Of a stretch of DNA of 64,000 nucleotides, positions 10,577 through 21,568 are shown piece by piece. The stretch's first letter is position 1, and each line of letters opens with the position of its first letter. Both the position numbers and the translations under genes were made by a program. The DNA is from an uncultured cyanobacterium (lineage in GTDB: Bacteria; Cyanobacteriota; Cyanobacteriia; Cyanobacteriales; Cyanobacteriaceae): positions 640,001 through 704,000 of the forward strand of contig CAVVOP010000008.1 in the NCBI GenBank assembly GCA_963749915.1. The letters run 5' to 3'. The notes under the pieces are model-generated. The model did not search any database. It was not told the origin of the DNA and saw only the letters and a program-made list of their open reading frames with translations.

Positions 10577-11413
10577 TCAAAATCGAGGTAAATTAATCTT
10601 AGATGCCAGTTGTCCCCCAAGACAAAGAAGACCAAGAAAAGAAACCAGTAGAATTTGGGGGTAAAATAAGTGCCAGTATTTATAAAAATTAAGAAACTTG
10701 GTGGCTTCGACTAGAGTATTGTGATCTTGTTTCCCAGAAGCTCCAAGTTCGTCGCTGACTTCTTTAATTCTGACCTTGACCACTTCTGGTTTCTCTTCGG
10801 GTACAATCAAGGAACGGACGCGATCGCCCATTTTTTGGACCAAATGTTTGACCTGCTGGGATTTTTCGCTTAAAAAGCCTTTAAGTCCTTCAGATTCGCT
10901 TTTTAAATGGTCTTTTGCCCCATTTTTGATTACTACCACTCCCCCATCGATCGCTTCTACATCCTCAGGGAAGAGTACCGCCTGCCCACCAAAAGGTTCG
11001 GCAATATCCCCACCTAAGATATAGGCCATAATTTCTCCTGTTTCCCAATCAAAGAGAAAATCCTCAATCCAACCAAAGGAATCTGACAGCGGAGAATTTA
11101 CCCTCAAACCGTTGAGGCGGCGGAGATTGCCAGGGGGCTCGAAAAGACTACTGCTGTAAGTTAAGACCGCATCAGGACCAACTACAGATACTTGTTCTAA
11201 AGGAGTATAGCCTTGACTACCCCCCAGGTAAACTACTTGTCCTTTTTCGTCTAGCCAAACTTCCTCGACGCGATCGTATTCGGTGGCGGTAGAACCGTCC
11301 ATTGTCATCAAACCAATAATTTGACTGCGACGAATTACATTACAAGGAGGACAAGGAAGGAAAGTAGACAAGGGAGTGAAAAGCCTATTCTTTGGTTGAG
11401 GAATCTTCCCCAT
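10577..11413 (-). pseudogene. PRC-barrel domain protein, apparently damaged at both ends
   Basis: Core NVIRRSQIIGL...VEEVWLD...GWIEDFLFDWETGEI resembles tandem PRC-barrel proteins. The first ~22 aa are encoded by repeat-like DNA and the tail after ~LVEATKFL reads into IS debris. Confidence 0.6.
10642..10677 (+). pseudogene. Very short IS5-family transposase remnant
   Basis: Translates KPVEFGGKISAS, resembling the IS5 GKxxKPVEFGAKxS motif. It lies where the PRC-barrel gene loses homology. Confidence 0.4.
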
Positions 11414-11704
11414 CTTCCCCCTCTTCCAAGTCCCACTTTCTGCTTGGGGATTTCGCCAAGTCTCACCTCGCAGACAATTTTATCTCCCTCAAATAAGGTT
11501 AGGACATGAGGGTTGAGATTGATCGAGTTGCTTAAGAAGATTTACTTACCTTCATTGAAGTCAAAATTATTCGGGTTTCTGTTCACTAGTTAAACGGATC
11601 AATGTCAGAAACCCGATTTTTAAGGTTCAGCTTGCCATCTTTCTATCTGATTCGATTCTCTGGACGATTTGATTCTCTGGTCAACCGAAAGGGAGAAGAG
11701 AGAA

Positions 11705-12160
11705 TTAGGCAACATTTACCTTAACGACTTTATTTTTTTCCTCTTCAGCTTTGGGCAGAGTTAAGCTTAAGATACCTTCTTTGTACTCTGCTTTCACGTT
11801 TTTATTTTGGACATGGGCCGGCAAAGGAATGACACGGCGGAAACTACCATAGCGGAATTCACTCCGACTTATGCCTTTTTCTTCCGTTTTGCTTTCTTCT
11901 TTGCGTTCGCCGCTAATGGAAACACTGTCAGGAGAAACTTCAACATCGATGTCTTTAGCATCCATTCCTGGAACTTCCAGTTTCAGATGGATTTCTTCTG
12001 GGGTTTCGTCCATTTCAGCAGCGGGCACAAAAGCCGAGCCCCACTGACCAGTCGTCTCCCGTGCTAGACCGTCAAATAAGCTGTTCATTTCCTTTTGTAA
12101 GCCAGCAATTTCCGAAAAAGGTTCCCAACGCATTAATGTCATGGTTTTTACCTCCTTCAT
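11705..12160 (-). CDS. hspA: Small heat-shock protein Hsp20/alpha-crystallin
   Basis: RWEPFSEI, EVPGM, SEFRYGSFRRVIPLP, AEYKEGILSLTLPK. The true start is probably the internal MTLMRW. Confidence 0.92.
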   Translation of the reverse strand: MKEVKTMTLMRWEPFSEIAGLQKEMNSLFDGLARETTGQWGSAFVPAAEMDETPEEIHLKLEVPGMDAKDIDVEVSPDSVSISGERKEESKTEEKGISRSEFRYGSFRRVIPLPAHVQNKNVKAEYKEGILSLTLPKAEEEKNKVVKVNVA

Positions 12161-12490
12161 TAATTATTATGTTTTCTACCTTTATCTTAACACAAAACTG
12201 CTTCACCTCAGTTCGATATAACAATAATGCTGAAAGCCTGCTATAATAAGTATTTTCACCTTTTTCCTAATTAGGGCTTGCTGAATAAATTACTAATAAT
12301 TTCATCTGTAATGAGAAAGAAAAAAACTAAGTTTATCGGAAGAAATTTTGTTAACTTTATACTATTTACATCGAGATCCCCTGAAAAGTCAGATCGCCAA
12401 AGAAAGGTGCCACTCCGAGGTCGCGTAGTGGTATTTCACGATAACTTTTAAGTTATGGTATGCTGAAATATGGACTATTAAATTAATGAA

Positions 12491-13831
12491 ATGAGTGTAT
12501 CTAATTCCACTAAAAATATACCTGTTAATTATTCCATAAATTGGTTTTTTCGCAAGGTAATTACGACTATTGCTGATTTACGTTTAGCTATTATTTTATT
12601 ATTAATAATTGCTTTTTTTAGCATTAGTGGCACAGTTATTGAACAAAATCAGCCCGTTAATTATTATCAGGAAAATTATCCAGAAAGTCCTGCTTTGTTC
12701 GGATTTTTAACATGGCAAGTATTATTGACCATGGGCTTAAATCATGTCTATACTACTTGGTGGTATTTAAGTATTTTAGTTTTATTTGGTAGCAGTTTGA
12801 TTGCCTGTACTTTTAGACGGCAATTGCCAGCTTTAAAAGCGGCAAAAATATGGAATTTTTATGAGCAATCAAGACAGTTTAATAAATTGGCTTTAAGTGC
12901 AGAAATTACGACGGAATCCTTAGATAAAATTAACTCTGTCATAACTCAAAGAGGTTATAAAGTTTATCAAAATGATAATTCCTTATATGCTCAAAAGGGT
13001 ATAACTGGAAGAATCGGACCTATAATTGTTCATATGGGGATAATTCTTGTTTTATTAGGAGCAATTTATGGTGCTTTTACAGGATTTTTTGCTCAAGAAA
13101 TGATCCCTAGTGGGGAAACTTTTACTATTCAAAATTTTTTAGAGGCTGGTAAATTTACTAACTTACACTATCCTCAATCTTTTGATATTAAAGTTAATAA
13201 TTTTTGGATTAAATACACTTCTAATGGTTCAGTAGATCAATTTTATTCTGATTTATCGGTCGTGAATAAAACCGGTAAAGAATTAGAGCGAAAAACTATT
13301 TTTGTGAACCAACCTTTAAGATATAAAGGCATCACTTTTTATCAAACAAATTGGGGTATTTCCGCCGTTAAAATTCAACTCAACAATAGTCCTATTTTTC
13401 AATTACCTATGGCAGAATTAACCAACGAAAGAAAAGGACGTATTTGGGGTACATGGATTCCTATTAAACCAGATCTAAGTGAAGGAATTTCTTTAGTTGC
13501 TAAGGATTTACAAGGCACAATGTTTCTCTATGATATGCAGGGGAAATTAATTAGTGCCGTACGTCCCAATATGCCTGTAGAGGTTAATGGGGTTACTGTC
13601 AAAATACTAGATTTAATCGGTTCTACCGGGTTACAAATTAAGGCAGATCCCGGTGTACCCTTTGTTTATCTGGGTTTTGCTCTTTTGATGATCGGTGTGG
13701 TCATGAGTTATGTCTCTTTTTCTCAAATTTGGGCATTACAAGAAGGCGATCGCTATTTTATCGGCGGTAAAACTAATCGTGCACAGGTCACTTTTGAAAA
13801 GGAAATATATCAAATTTTAGAACAACTTTAA
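12491..13831 (+). CDS. ccs1: Cytochrome c biogenesis protein Ccs1/ResB
   Basis: [41 protein letters not shown] motifs. Confidence 0.92.
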   Translation: MSVSNSTKNIPVNYSINWFFRKVITTIADLRLAIILLLIIAFFSISGTVIEQNQPVNYYQENYPESPALFGFLTWQVLLTMGLNHVYTTWWYLSILVLFGSSLIACTFRRQLPALKAAKIWNFYEQSRQFNKLALSAEITTESLDKINSVITQRGYKVYQNDNSLYAQKGITGRIGPIIVHMGIILVLLGAIYGAFTGFFAQEMIPSGETFTIQNFLEAGKFTNLHYPQSFDIKVNNFWIKYTSNGSVDQFYSDLSVVNKTGKELERKTIFVNQPLRYKGITFYQTNWGISAVKIQLNNSPIFQLPMAELTNERKGRIWGTWIPIKPDLSEGISLVAKDLQGTMFLYDMQGKLISAVRPNMPVEVNGVTVKILDLIGSTGLQIKADPGVPFVYLGFALLMIGVVMSYVSFSQIWALQEGDRYFIGGKTNRAQVTFEKEIYQILEQL

Positions 13832-13878
13832 CAATTAACAATTAACGATTATTTACTATTACTATTTTCTATAAAATT

Positions 13879-14217
13879 ATGAGTATTAACAGTATAAATG
13901 TGGAAGAATTAGCGGTTATTTTAACGGAAGAAAATAAGGAAATACAATTCATTGATGTCAGGGAAGAAAACGAAGCAGAAATTGCATTTTTACCTTCTTT
14001 TAAACTATTACCTTTGAGTCAATACAAACAATGGGAAAGTAAAATTAAAACCATATTTAGTGCAGATTTAGAAACTATCGTTATGTGTCATCATGGTATT
14101 CGATCGGCTAATATGTGTCAATGGTTGATAAGTCAAGGATTTTCTAAGGTGAAGAATGTTTCGGGAGGAATCGATGCCTATGCAGTATATATTGATTCTT
14201 CTATCCCTCGTTATTAA
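13879..14217 (+). CDS. Rhodanese-like domain protein
   Basis: IDVRE, CHHGIRS active loop, NVSGGIDAY. Confidence 0.9.
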   Translation: MSINSINVEELAVILTEENKEIQFIDVREENEAEIAFLPSFKLLPLSQYKQWESKIKTIFSADLETIVMCHHGIRSANMCQWLISQGFSKVKNVSGGIDAYAVYIDSSIPRY

Positions 14218-14256
14218 TCAAGGAATTTACTGGAAACATGGTAGGTTATAAATATA

Positions 14257-15396
14257 CTAATCCTGAGGGTAAATTAACGTCGTCACAGGGTTGGCTTCAT
14301 TTCCCTCTACTATAATATTTTTATCCTGCAATTTACCTTTGGCTTTAACTCCCCGCAAATTAAAGTCAGGATTTATCTGTTTATAATAAACATTTCCATC
14401 GGCATTTATTTCTTTATTATCTAAATTCCACACCAAATTATCGGCATAAATTTCTACTTCATTTTTCACAGCTTGTCCATAAATTCCTTCATGTAAATAA
14501 ACTTGATTTTCCTCTAAATCAAATTTCACGGTATTCGCCGTTAAGGTCATATTGTCTTCTGGTTGAAACAATCTAGTTGCTTGATTAGATTCTACTTTGC
14601 GATCGCCATAATACCATATAACTCTGGTGGTAGCGGCTTGTAAAGGAGGTTTTAAAGATTGATATTCAACGTTACCGTTAATAATGGCAATATTATTATT
14701 CAAATCTATTTCTGCTTGATCAGTTTTTATTTTATCTGTAACTAATTTATTTTCATCAAAACGCACCATTTCTAAAAAGCTATTTCCAATTAATTTATTT
14801 TCGGTAATTTTCCAATATAAATGCTGAGTTTTTAGTTGTAAAGAAGGATTTCTCGTATTAGCAATAATATTTTCAGATAACTCTAATATTTGATTTTTTG
14901 TGTTATATTTTGCCTCTTTCGCACTTGCTAATAACTTAGTATGATTGGCTTTTATGCCTTTGTTTCCCGTCATCATCATAAAATTCTCTTCTGGTTTCCA
15001 TATAACTTCTTGCCCTTTAAACTCTGCTTTATTACGAGTATCAAAAGCGATAATTTCCCCAGATAAATAAATTTCTTTACCGTCATTTTTGATCTCTCCT
15101 GTTTTCGCACTAACTTGTAAAATAATTTTTCCCTTTTCAAATAAATTACCCGTTAAATCTTCTAAAATAGCACTTTTCTTATCTTGAGTATAAGTGGCTT
15201 TTTTCGTACTTAAACGCCATAAAATTTGACCTCGAGAATTTGATTGTTCTAGGGTAGCATTGTACAAAACTAAACCTTGTTCTATTTCCCTTTTAAAGTT
15301 GGAATTATCTGTTTCTTCTGACTGATTATTTCCTTGGCAACTAACTAACAAAAAACACAAAAAAATGGCAGAAATTTTTTTTTTAAATAACATCAT
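14257..15396 (-). CDS. lptC: LPS export periplasmic protein LptC (long cyanobacterial type, lipoprotein)
   Basis: Lipobox LVSC, TLEQSxxxGxxLW motif, repeated beta-jellyroll segments. Confidence 0.75.
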   Translation of the reverse strand: MMLFKKKISAIFLCFLLVSCQGNNQSEETDNSNFKREIEQGLVLYNATLEQSNSRGQILWRLSTKKATYTQDKKSAILEDLTGNLFEKGKIILQVSAKTGEIKNDGKEIYLSGEIIAFDTRNKAEFKGQEVIWKPEENFMMMTGNKGIKANHTKLLASAKEAKYNTKNQILELSENIIANTRNPSLQLKTQHLYWKITENKLIGNSFLEMVRFDENKLVTDKIKTDQAEIDLNNNIAIINGNVEYQSLKPPLQAATTRVIWYYGDRKVESNQATRLFQPEDNMTLTANTVKFDLEENQVYLHEGIYGQAVKNEVEIYADNLVWNLDNKEINADGNVYYKQINPDFNLRGVKAKGKLQDKNIIVEGNEANPVTTLIYPQD

Positions 15397-15492
15397 TTAA
15401 TAACTCATATTTAACATAATAGATGACAATGTATAGTTGATAGTTGATAATATACCGTAATTGTTTGTTGTCTTTTCCAGGGAGAATCAAAA

Positions 15493-15996
15493 TTAATTGT
15501 TAATTACCAATTGATCTCGCACATGATCCACAAAAAGAATGCCATTAAGATGATCTAATTCATGTTGAATAATTCGAGCGATAAAATTACTATATTCTTC
15601 CTGTCGAAAATTACCATCACGAGCAATATACTCTACCATAATATCTTGATAGCGGGGAACATTGCCCCGTTTTTTTTGAACACTGAGACAACCTTCTGTT
15701 CCCATGACAACTTCTTCTGAATAGCTGATGATACGGGGGTTGATCATTGCCAAAGGAGGCATAAAAGGTGCATCAGGATAACGAATATTCGGGTGCGAGG
15801 ATACAATAATAATTCGACAAGATTCACCAATTTGAGGTGCGGCGATCCCAACGCCGTGAGCTTGTTTTGTAATCAAAATTAGCTCACCAATGAGGGCTTG
15901 TATTTTTGGGTGATCAACTTCTGTGACTTCGGCCGCTATTTGTCGTAAAATGGGATTACCAATTTGCAATATTTCTGTCTCTATATTGGTGTTCAT
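15493..15996 (-). CDS. def: Peptide deformylase
   Basis: GVGIAAPQ, EGCLS, QHELDHL motifs. Confidence 0.95.
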   Translation of the reverse strand: MNTNIETEILQIGNPILRQIAAEVTEVDHPKIQALIGELILITKQAHGVGIAAPQIGESCRIIIVSSHPNIRYPDAPFMPPLAMINPRIISYSEEVVMGTEGCLSVQKKRGNVPRYQDIMVEYIARDGNFRQEEYSNFIARIIQHELDHLNGILFVDHVRDQLVINN

Positions 15997-16124
15997 GAGT
16001 TTCTACTTATTAAGTATTACTTATTGATTGGACACTTCCAAAAAATCTAATTTTTGACGATCCTGGGGGATGTCCCTTTTTTTTGACAAAGTTAATATTG
16101 TGTTATTTGGTTAACTTAAAAGGT

Positions 16125-16571
16125 TTAAAAAACGAAAATAGCCCCAGTTGTTTGTAAATTAAAAGTACGATTCCCTTGACTAACACTATCTATTTGTGTA
16201 ACTCTCAATTCAATAGTATTATCTGGAGTCACTTCTACTAAATACTTAAGATTGATTCTTGAACTATTGGGATTTTTTGTGTCTGGATATATAACTATAT
16301 AGGATGGCGGTTGAAGACTTTCAATGGTTTCTGTCGCCCCCACCTCTATTTCTGAGGGTTCTGATATAGTGTCTGTCAATGCATAGTCTAAAGCGGTGCC
16401 ACTGTCGTTGATAATTTTTAAAGTTATCGGTTTGCTTAAATCTACCCTAGCTATTGGCTGCCAAAATCCGGGTTGAAAAGTTTCGGCCGGAGGGTTTTGA
16501 TCCTGTGCGATCGCTGGTACATGGCTGGCGATGGCTAAAACTAGAGAAGAAATCACAAGAGATTTAAACAT
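16125..16571 (-). CDS. Exported hypothetical protein
   Basis: Signal peptide ending AIA-Q, FQPGFWQPIARV motif. Confidence 0.7.
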   Translation of the reverse strand: MFKSLVISSLVLAIASHVPAIAQDQNPPAETFQPGFWQPIARVDLSKPITLKIINDSGTALDYALTDTISEPSEIEVGATETIESLQPPSYIVIYPDTKNPNSSRINLKYLVEVTPDNTIELRVTQIDSVSQGNRTFNLQTTGAIFVF

Positions 16572-16631
16572 GGTTTAACTAATTTTTGACAATAATAAAG
16601 TTGTTATTCTAACTCAAAATTAAATTTATAG

Positions 16632-17207
16632 TTAATTGGTTTTCAGTAAATTTTCGGCGTTGACTTTTTCCTCGTTTTGACGACGTTTTTTCGCATATAG
16701 CTGAATAGTTACCGCCATTAAAATTACTAAGCCAATAATTAACCAAGTGGTAATATCTAAAGGTAAATTATTTTTAAACACGGCTAACAGCACTATCACT
16801 AATAATAAAATAGTGGGGGCTTCGTTTAAAGCTCGAAATTTTTGCCCACTCCATGAATTTTCACCCTTTGCGAGTTGTTTGATGATTCTGCCACACCAAA
16901 AATGATAAATCAACAACAAACCCACAAATAAAAATTTGATATGTAACCATCCAGATTTTAACACCTCTGGTTCAGTACTTATTAATCCCATCGCCATTGC
17001 CACGGTGACAATCATCCCTGGGGTGGTAATGATGTTATAGAGACGTTTTTCCATCAACTCATATTGTTGCTTTAAAATGCTTTGGGCTGGTTCGGGTTTT
17101 TCATATGCTTCAGCGTGATATACAAATAAACGTACAAGATAGAATAATCCTGCAAACCAAACCACGATACCGATAAGGTGAAATGCTTTATACCAAGAAT
17201 AAGCCAT
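16632..17207 (-). CDS. hemJ: Protoporphyrinogen oxidase HemJ
   Basis: WxKAFH, WFAGLFYLVRLFVYH, MEKRLY, RALNEAPT. Confidence 0.93.
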   Translation of the reverse strand: MAYSWYKAFHLIGIVVWFAGLFYLVRLFVYHAEAYEKPEPAQSILKQQYELMEKRLYNIITTPGMIVTVAMAMGLISTEPEVLKSGWLHIKFLFVGLLLIYHFWCGRIIKQLAKGENSWSGQKFRALNEAPTILLLVIVLLAVFKNNLPLDITTWLIIGLVILMAVTIQLYAKKRRQNEEKVNAENLLKTN

Positions 17208-17323
17208 AATTTTTTATGCAGATTTTTATAAAATAATTATTAATGAATCAACACTTATTAATCATTAATGATAAAAAAATAAATGCGTCTTGATTAATTA
17301 ATGTTTACATTTATTATCAACTA

Positions 17324-18382
17324 TCAATTATCAATTATTGCTTTTAACCATGACTCAAAATTATTTCCCCATGCTGTTAATGAGTAAATTTCTTCCGCAC
17401 ATTGGCGACAATCATAACGATTAATTTCGGAGAGACGAAGAATAGCTGAAACTAATCCTTCGATACTGTCAGGAGTCACTAAAAAGCCTGTTTTACCCTC
17501 AGTGACGATTTCTCCGGGACCTCCTCTAGCGTAACTGATAACGGGAACTCCACAGGCTAAGGCTTCGATGGCCACGTTCCCAAAGGCTTCCATCCAACGA
17601 GGAGTCATTAATAAGGCTTGACAATTACCTAACTCTCTTTGTAAATCGATGGTGGATAAGAAACCTTTATAGTCTATGGGTGCATGGGGATGTTCTGTAA
17701 GGATATTTTGCCAGTAGTCTTCATCTTGGATTTTGCCGAAAATTAATAAGGGTATTTGAGTTATTTCTGAGGCTTTGACGGCATCTTCTAAGGCTTTTTC
17801 CGGTGCAATTCTGCCTAACCATGCTAATTTTTCCTCGGCTTTTTCCCTAAATTCGTATAAAGACAAGTCAATACCACTGCCTAAATGTTGACAAACTTCA
17901 GGAAAGGGAAAAGTTTCCGCTTGAGATTTGGTATAAACACCAAAATTTTGAGGATATTTACGAGCAGTTGCCGCCATGATTTGATCTAAACTATTAGATA
18001 ATGAACCCATACTGATAAAGTGGGCGATCGCCGTCTCAAAAAAAGGTGTAAGATAAAAAGGTAACCAGTCAAAAGCAAAGTTTATCAAGACATCATAATC
18101 AGATTGTACACCTCTTGCATATTGCCACATGTTCGCTAACACGGAGTTTTCGGGTATAATGGCGGGAATATCACGGGTTTGGGTTTGTGCGGGAATATGT
18201 AAATTGCCCTCTATCTGGACTATATCCGCATTGGCAAAAAAAGATCCTTCTGGTGCAACTATTTTGACAATATGGTTACGCCGTTGCATTTCTTGAATAA
18301 GATTATATATGGTTAATTCTACACCGCCTCCCATACCTGAGCTTAAGGCACCCACAGGAGTAGATAAAATTAAGATTTTCAT
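17324..18382 (-). CDS. Glycosyltransferase family 4 (GT-B)
   Basis: GGVE N-terminal loop, GRIAPEK, EAFGNVAIEALACGVPV. Confidence 0.9.
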   Translation of the reverse strand: MKILILSTPVGALSSGMGGGVELTIYNLIQEMQRRNHIVKIVAPEGSFFANADIVQIEGNLHIPAQTQTRDIPAIIPENSVLANMWQYARGVQSDYDVLINFAFDWLPFYLTPFFETAIAHFISMGSLSNSLDQIMAATARKYPQNFGVYTKSQAETFPFPEVCQHLGSGIDLSLYEFREKAEEKLAWLGRIAPEKALEDAVKASEITQIPLLIFGKIQDEDYWQNILTEHPHAPIDYKGFLSTIDLQRELGNCQALLMTPRWMEAFGNVAIEALACGVPVISYARGGPGEIVTEGKTGFLVTPDSIEGLVSAILRLSEINRYDCRQCAEEIYSLTAWGNNFESWLKAIIDN

Positions 18383-18390
18383 TGAAACAA

Positions 18391-18444
18391 TAGACCTCTT
18401 GCAAAAATAGATTTCTTCGTTAGGTAATTTTGGATTTTGGATTA
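18391..18444 (+). repeat. Dispersed repeat / MITE end; inverted copy at about 43683-43736
   Basis: TAGACCTCTTGCAAAAATAGATTTC..GTTAGGTAATTTTGGATTTTGGA is nearly the reverse complement of the sequence ending ...TGCAAGAGGTCTA at 43736. Confidence 0.75.
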
Positions 18445-18528
18445 TAGACTTGTTTGTTCCCTCAGTAAAACAATAGGCGATCGCTCTGTTATATTAATAA
18501 GAGATAAAAGCCATTAAATAACAAAAAT

Positions 18529-18816
18529 ATGAGTATTAGTAAAGAAGAAGTCAAAAAAGTTGCCAATTTAGCTCGTTTGGAAATTACTTCGGCACAAGAA
18601 GAAGAATTTGGCACTCAATTAAATGCTATTCTCGATTATTTTGAACAATTGAGCGAATTAGACACAGACAATGTACAACCGACTACACGAGCCATCGATG
18701 TTAGTAATATTACCAGAAAAGATGAACAAGTAACTTATATAGATAGAGAAAGTTTATTAAACTCGGCACCAGAAAGAGAAGAAGACTTTTTCCAAGTGCC
18801 GAAAATTTTGGCTTAG
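18529..18816 (+). CDS. gatC: Asp/Glu-tRNA amidotransferase subunit C
   Basis: [12 protein letters not shown]...LDTDNVQPT...FFQVPKI. Confidence 0.95.
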   Translation: MSISKEEVKKVANLARLEITSAQEEEFGTQLNAILDYFEQLSELDTDNVQPTTRAIDVSNITRKDEQVTYIDRESLLNSAPEREEDFFQVPKILA

Positions 18817-18931
18817 TTGATTTAGCCTCGACACTTCTCGGTTAAGGAAAATATAATTGCCCCCTGCCTCCTGCCTCCTGCAGTTTTTTATTTATTAATT
18901 TCTTATTTATTAAGTTGACCAACAGTGTCAG

Positions 18932-19936
18932 TTAATTGTAATAAGTCTTATACCAATCAACAAATTTTTGAATACCTACCTCTATGGGTGTACTTGGTTT
19001 AAAACCTACATCCTCGACTAAATCGTCCACATCAGCATAGGTAATGGGAACATCTCCGGGTTGTATTGGTAACAGATTTTTTTCCGCTTTCATCCCTAGA
19101 CAATGTTCGATGGTCTCGATAAACTTAACTAACTCAACGGGTTGATTATTGCCAATATTATAAACCTTATAAGGAGCATTGCTAGTGCTAGGATCTCGAT
19201 TCGTCCCTGACCAGTTAGGATTAGGTTGAGGAATATAATCCATAACCCTTACCACCCCTTCCACAATATCGTCAATATAAGTAAAATCCCGTTGCATTTT
19301 GCCATAATTGAATACTTTAATGGGTTTTCCTGCCAAAATCGCCTTAGTGAATAAGAAATAAGCCATATCCGGTCTTCCCCAAGGACCATATACCGTAAAA
19401 AACCGTAAACCCGTACAGGGCAAACCATATAAATGACTGTAAGTATGAGCCATTAATTCATTAGCTTTTTTCGTAGCGGCATAGAGGCTGACCGGATGAT
19501 CCACATTATCATGGGTGGAAAAAGGAATCTTTGTGTTAGATCCGTAAACAGAACTTGAGGAAGCAAAAACTAAATGTTTGACATCATGATAGCGACAGCA
19601 TTCCAAAATATTCATAAATCCCACAAGGTTACTATCAACATAAGCATGGGGATTTTTTAGGGAATATCTAACCCCAGCTTGGGCGGCAAGATTTACCACC
19701 ACCTCAAATTTATTTTCCGCAAAAAGTTGTTGAATATTATCTTTATCTGTTAAATCTAATTTATGAAATGTAAAACATTTTTTCCCCCTAATCTTGTCTA
19801 GTCTAGCAGTTTTTAAAGAGACATCATAATAGTCATTAATATTATCTAAACCCACGACCTCATTACCGAGAGATAAGAGTTTTTTGCTTAAATAAAACCC
19901 TATAAATCCTGCGGCACCAGTTACTAATATTTTCAT
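18932..19936 (-). CDS. NAD-dependent epimerase (UDP-glucuronate 4-epimerase type)
   Basis: [42 protein letters not shown]. Confidence 0.92.
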   Translation of the reverse strand: MKILVTGAAGFIGFYLSKKLLSLGNEVVGLDNINDYYDVSLKTARLDKIRGKKCFTFHKLDLTDKDNIQQLFAENKFEVVVNLAAQAGVRYSLKNPHAYVDSNLVGFMNILECCRYHDVKHLVFASSSSVYGSNTKIPFSTHDNVDHPVSLYAATKKANELMAHTYSHLYGLPCTGLRFFTVYGPWGRPDMAYFLFTKAILAGKPIKVFNYGKMQRDFTYIDDIVEGVVRVMDYIPQPNPNWSGTNRDPSTSNAPYKVYNIGNNQPVELVKFIETIEHCLGMKAEKNLLPIQPGDVPITYADVDDLVEDVGFKPSTPIEVGIQKFVDWYKTYYN

Positions 19937-19945
19937 TTTTTTATG

Positions 19946-20497
19946 TTATTGATAATTCACTTTTAAGTTCAAATAAAATTCGCTTAAAATAATTAAAATA
20001 ATCGTCAATAATAAGCTATATAAAGCACCATAAAGGGTGAAATAGAAAATTAAACATCCTATAATCAATGTTAGTAATATATAACTCCATGCTACTGCCT
20101 TATGAGTCCATCCCGATTGTTGTAGTCGTTGAAAAATGTGTGTGCGGTGAGCTTCAAAGATATTTTCTCCCTTCCGTAATCTGGTAATTAGGGTATAAAT
20201 GGTATCCCCTGCAATAGGTAAAACAATGGCTAAACTTGACCAAGCAACGGTAACATCAGAAGATTGAATGAGTGCTATGGGAATAACTGCCCCTAAAAAA
20301 GTACTACCTACATCCCCCATAAAGATCTTAGCAGGAGACCAATTCCAGTACAAAAATCCTAACAAAGCCGAAACTAAGATGAACCATTCATATTGATGTA
20401 AATAGATAGCTAAAAAGGATAATTGCACCACAGAAACCCCTGCCACAAGACCATCCAAACCATCCATAAAATTATAGAAGTTAATCAAGGCGGTAAA
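19946..20497 (-). pseudogene. MraY/WecA-like (Glycos_transf_4) phosphoglycosyltransferase, C-terminal fragment
   Basis: FTALINFYNFMDGLDGL, FMGDVGS, AHRTHIFQRL. No N-terminal half in frame. Confidence 0.8.
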
Positions 20498-20715
20498 GCG
20501 TCTACTTGTGTAATACTTGAAGAACTCGCTTGAGCGGAGGGAACGTTGGCTGTATTGACTGCCATACTACGAAACTTCAATAGTTCAAACAATTGACCGT
20601 CTTTGCCCACGCGCTGCTGGCGAAAAAAGGGGGAACCACCATCCTCTAGATATATTGCCCAACCGATGAGGGTTAAGATTGTTGCAAAAATGATACCAAT
20701 GTACGAATAAACCAA
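20498..20715 (-). pseudogene. Bacterial sugar transferase (Bac_transf) N-terminal fragment
   Basis: TM helix then PFFRQQRVGKDGQLFELLKFRSM, truncated. Confidence 0.7.
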
Positions 20716-20717
20716 AA

Positions 20718-20900
20718 TTAGTTAACCTCAAGATATCTAGTAGTCAAAGCGTGAAAGGCTGTTTGAAAAGCTTCTGCGTATTTCATCCCTGCTTGTCCAC
20801 CTCGGTATGCAGCCAAACCTTTTAAGATTTCTTCACTACGAGGGTGAGGAAAGTCTCTCATCACACCCCGGTAGGAACCAAGGCTTCTAGCTTTCGTTTC
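20718..20900 (-). pseudogene. PIG-L/LmbE-family deacetylase C-terminal fragment
   Basis: YRGVMRDFPHPRS...LAAYRGGQAGMKYAEAF matches the C-terminal signature of PIG-L deacetylases from polysaccharide loci. Confidence 0.6.
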
Positions 20901-20918
20901 AGAAAGGTTTCGCATCAA

Positions 20919-21284
20919 AGGTTGGGGAAAAATTCCGTAACGGATAATCGCAAAAATAGCGACACCTAATTGTACTCCATAACGAACAATAGAAGGCAAA
21001 TTATAGCGATCGTCTAGAAAACCGATGATTGCTAAGGGCAAAAGAATTAAGGGTAATAGAGGATCGGATTTTACCGGTGAGATGGGAAGTAAGGTAACAA
21101 CAAGAATGCCGATAATAAAAGTGATAACAAATCCTAAACCTCCCCCCCTCGGAGTTGGTCGAACATGAGAACTACGTTCGTTGGGAATATCTAAAAGTTG
21201 TTTACTAAAGTTTTGGATGATGAGAAAGACTAATAGTAAACTGAGTAAAAAACTAGCAATTAAAAGAAACACAACAGAGGTCAT
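20919..21284 (-). pseudogene. MraY/WecA-like phosphoglycosyltransferase, N-terminal fragment
   Basis: DIPNERSSHxxPTPRGGG and GFLDD motifs. Homology ends at GIFPQP, then reads in frame into the PIG-L fragment. Confidence 0.8.
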
Positions 21285-21568
21285 ATTTATGAGTTTATCT
21301 TTTTTCTACGAATATCTAACAGTTTACACCTGTTTCTAAGTTGACACTAGTTAAGTAAGACATTCTTGAGAAGTACTACCCTTATTAACTTTGAGATAAA
21401 ACTTACTTCACTTCCAACATATATAAGCTAATATTTCATGAATAAAGTTGATATCCTCTGGCGACATTTAAGATAGGCTTGTTGGGAAATAGGATAAAAT
21501 TAAGCAAATTGATTAGAGAGGCGATCGCCCTCGAAAAACCTGATTACTTCGCTCTACGAGCATAGATA

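Noticed and set aside
12370..12445. Short GC-richer patch upstream of ccs1 as a possible tRNA or gene fragment
   Set aside because: No cloverleaf or T-loop motif and no assignable peptide.
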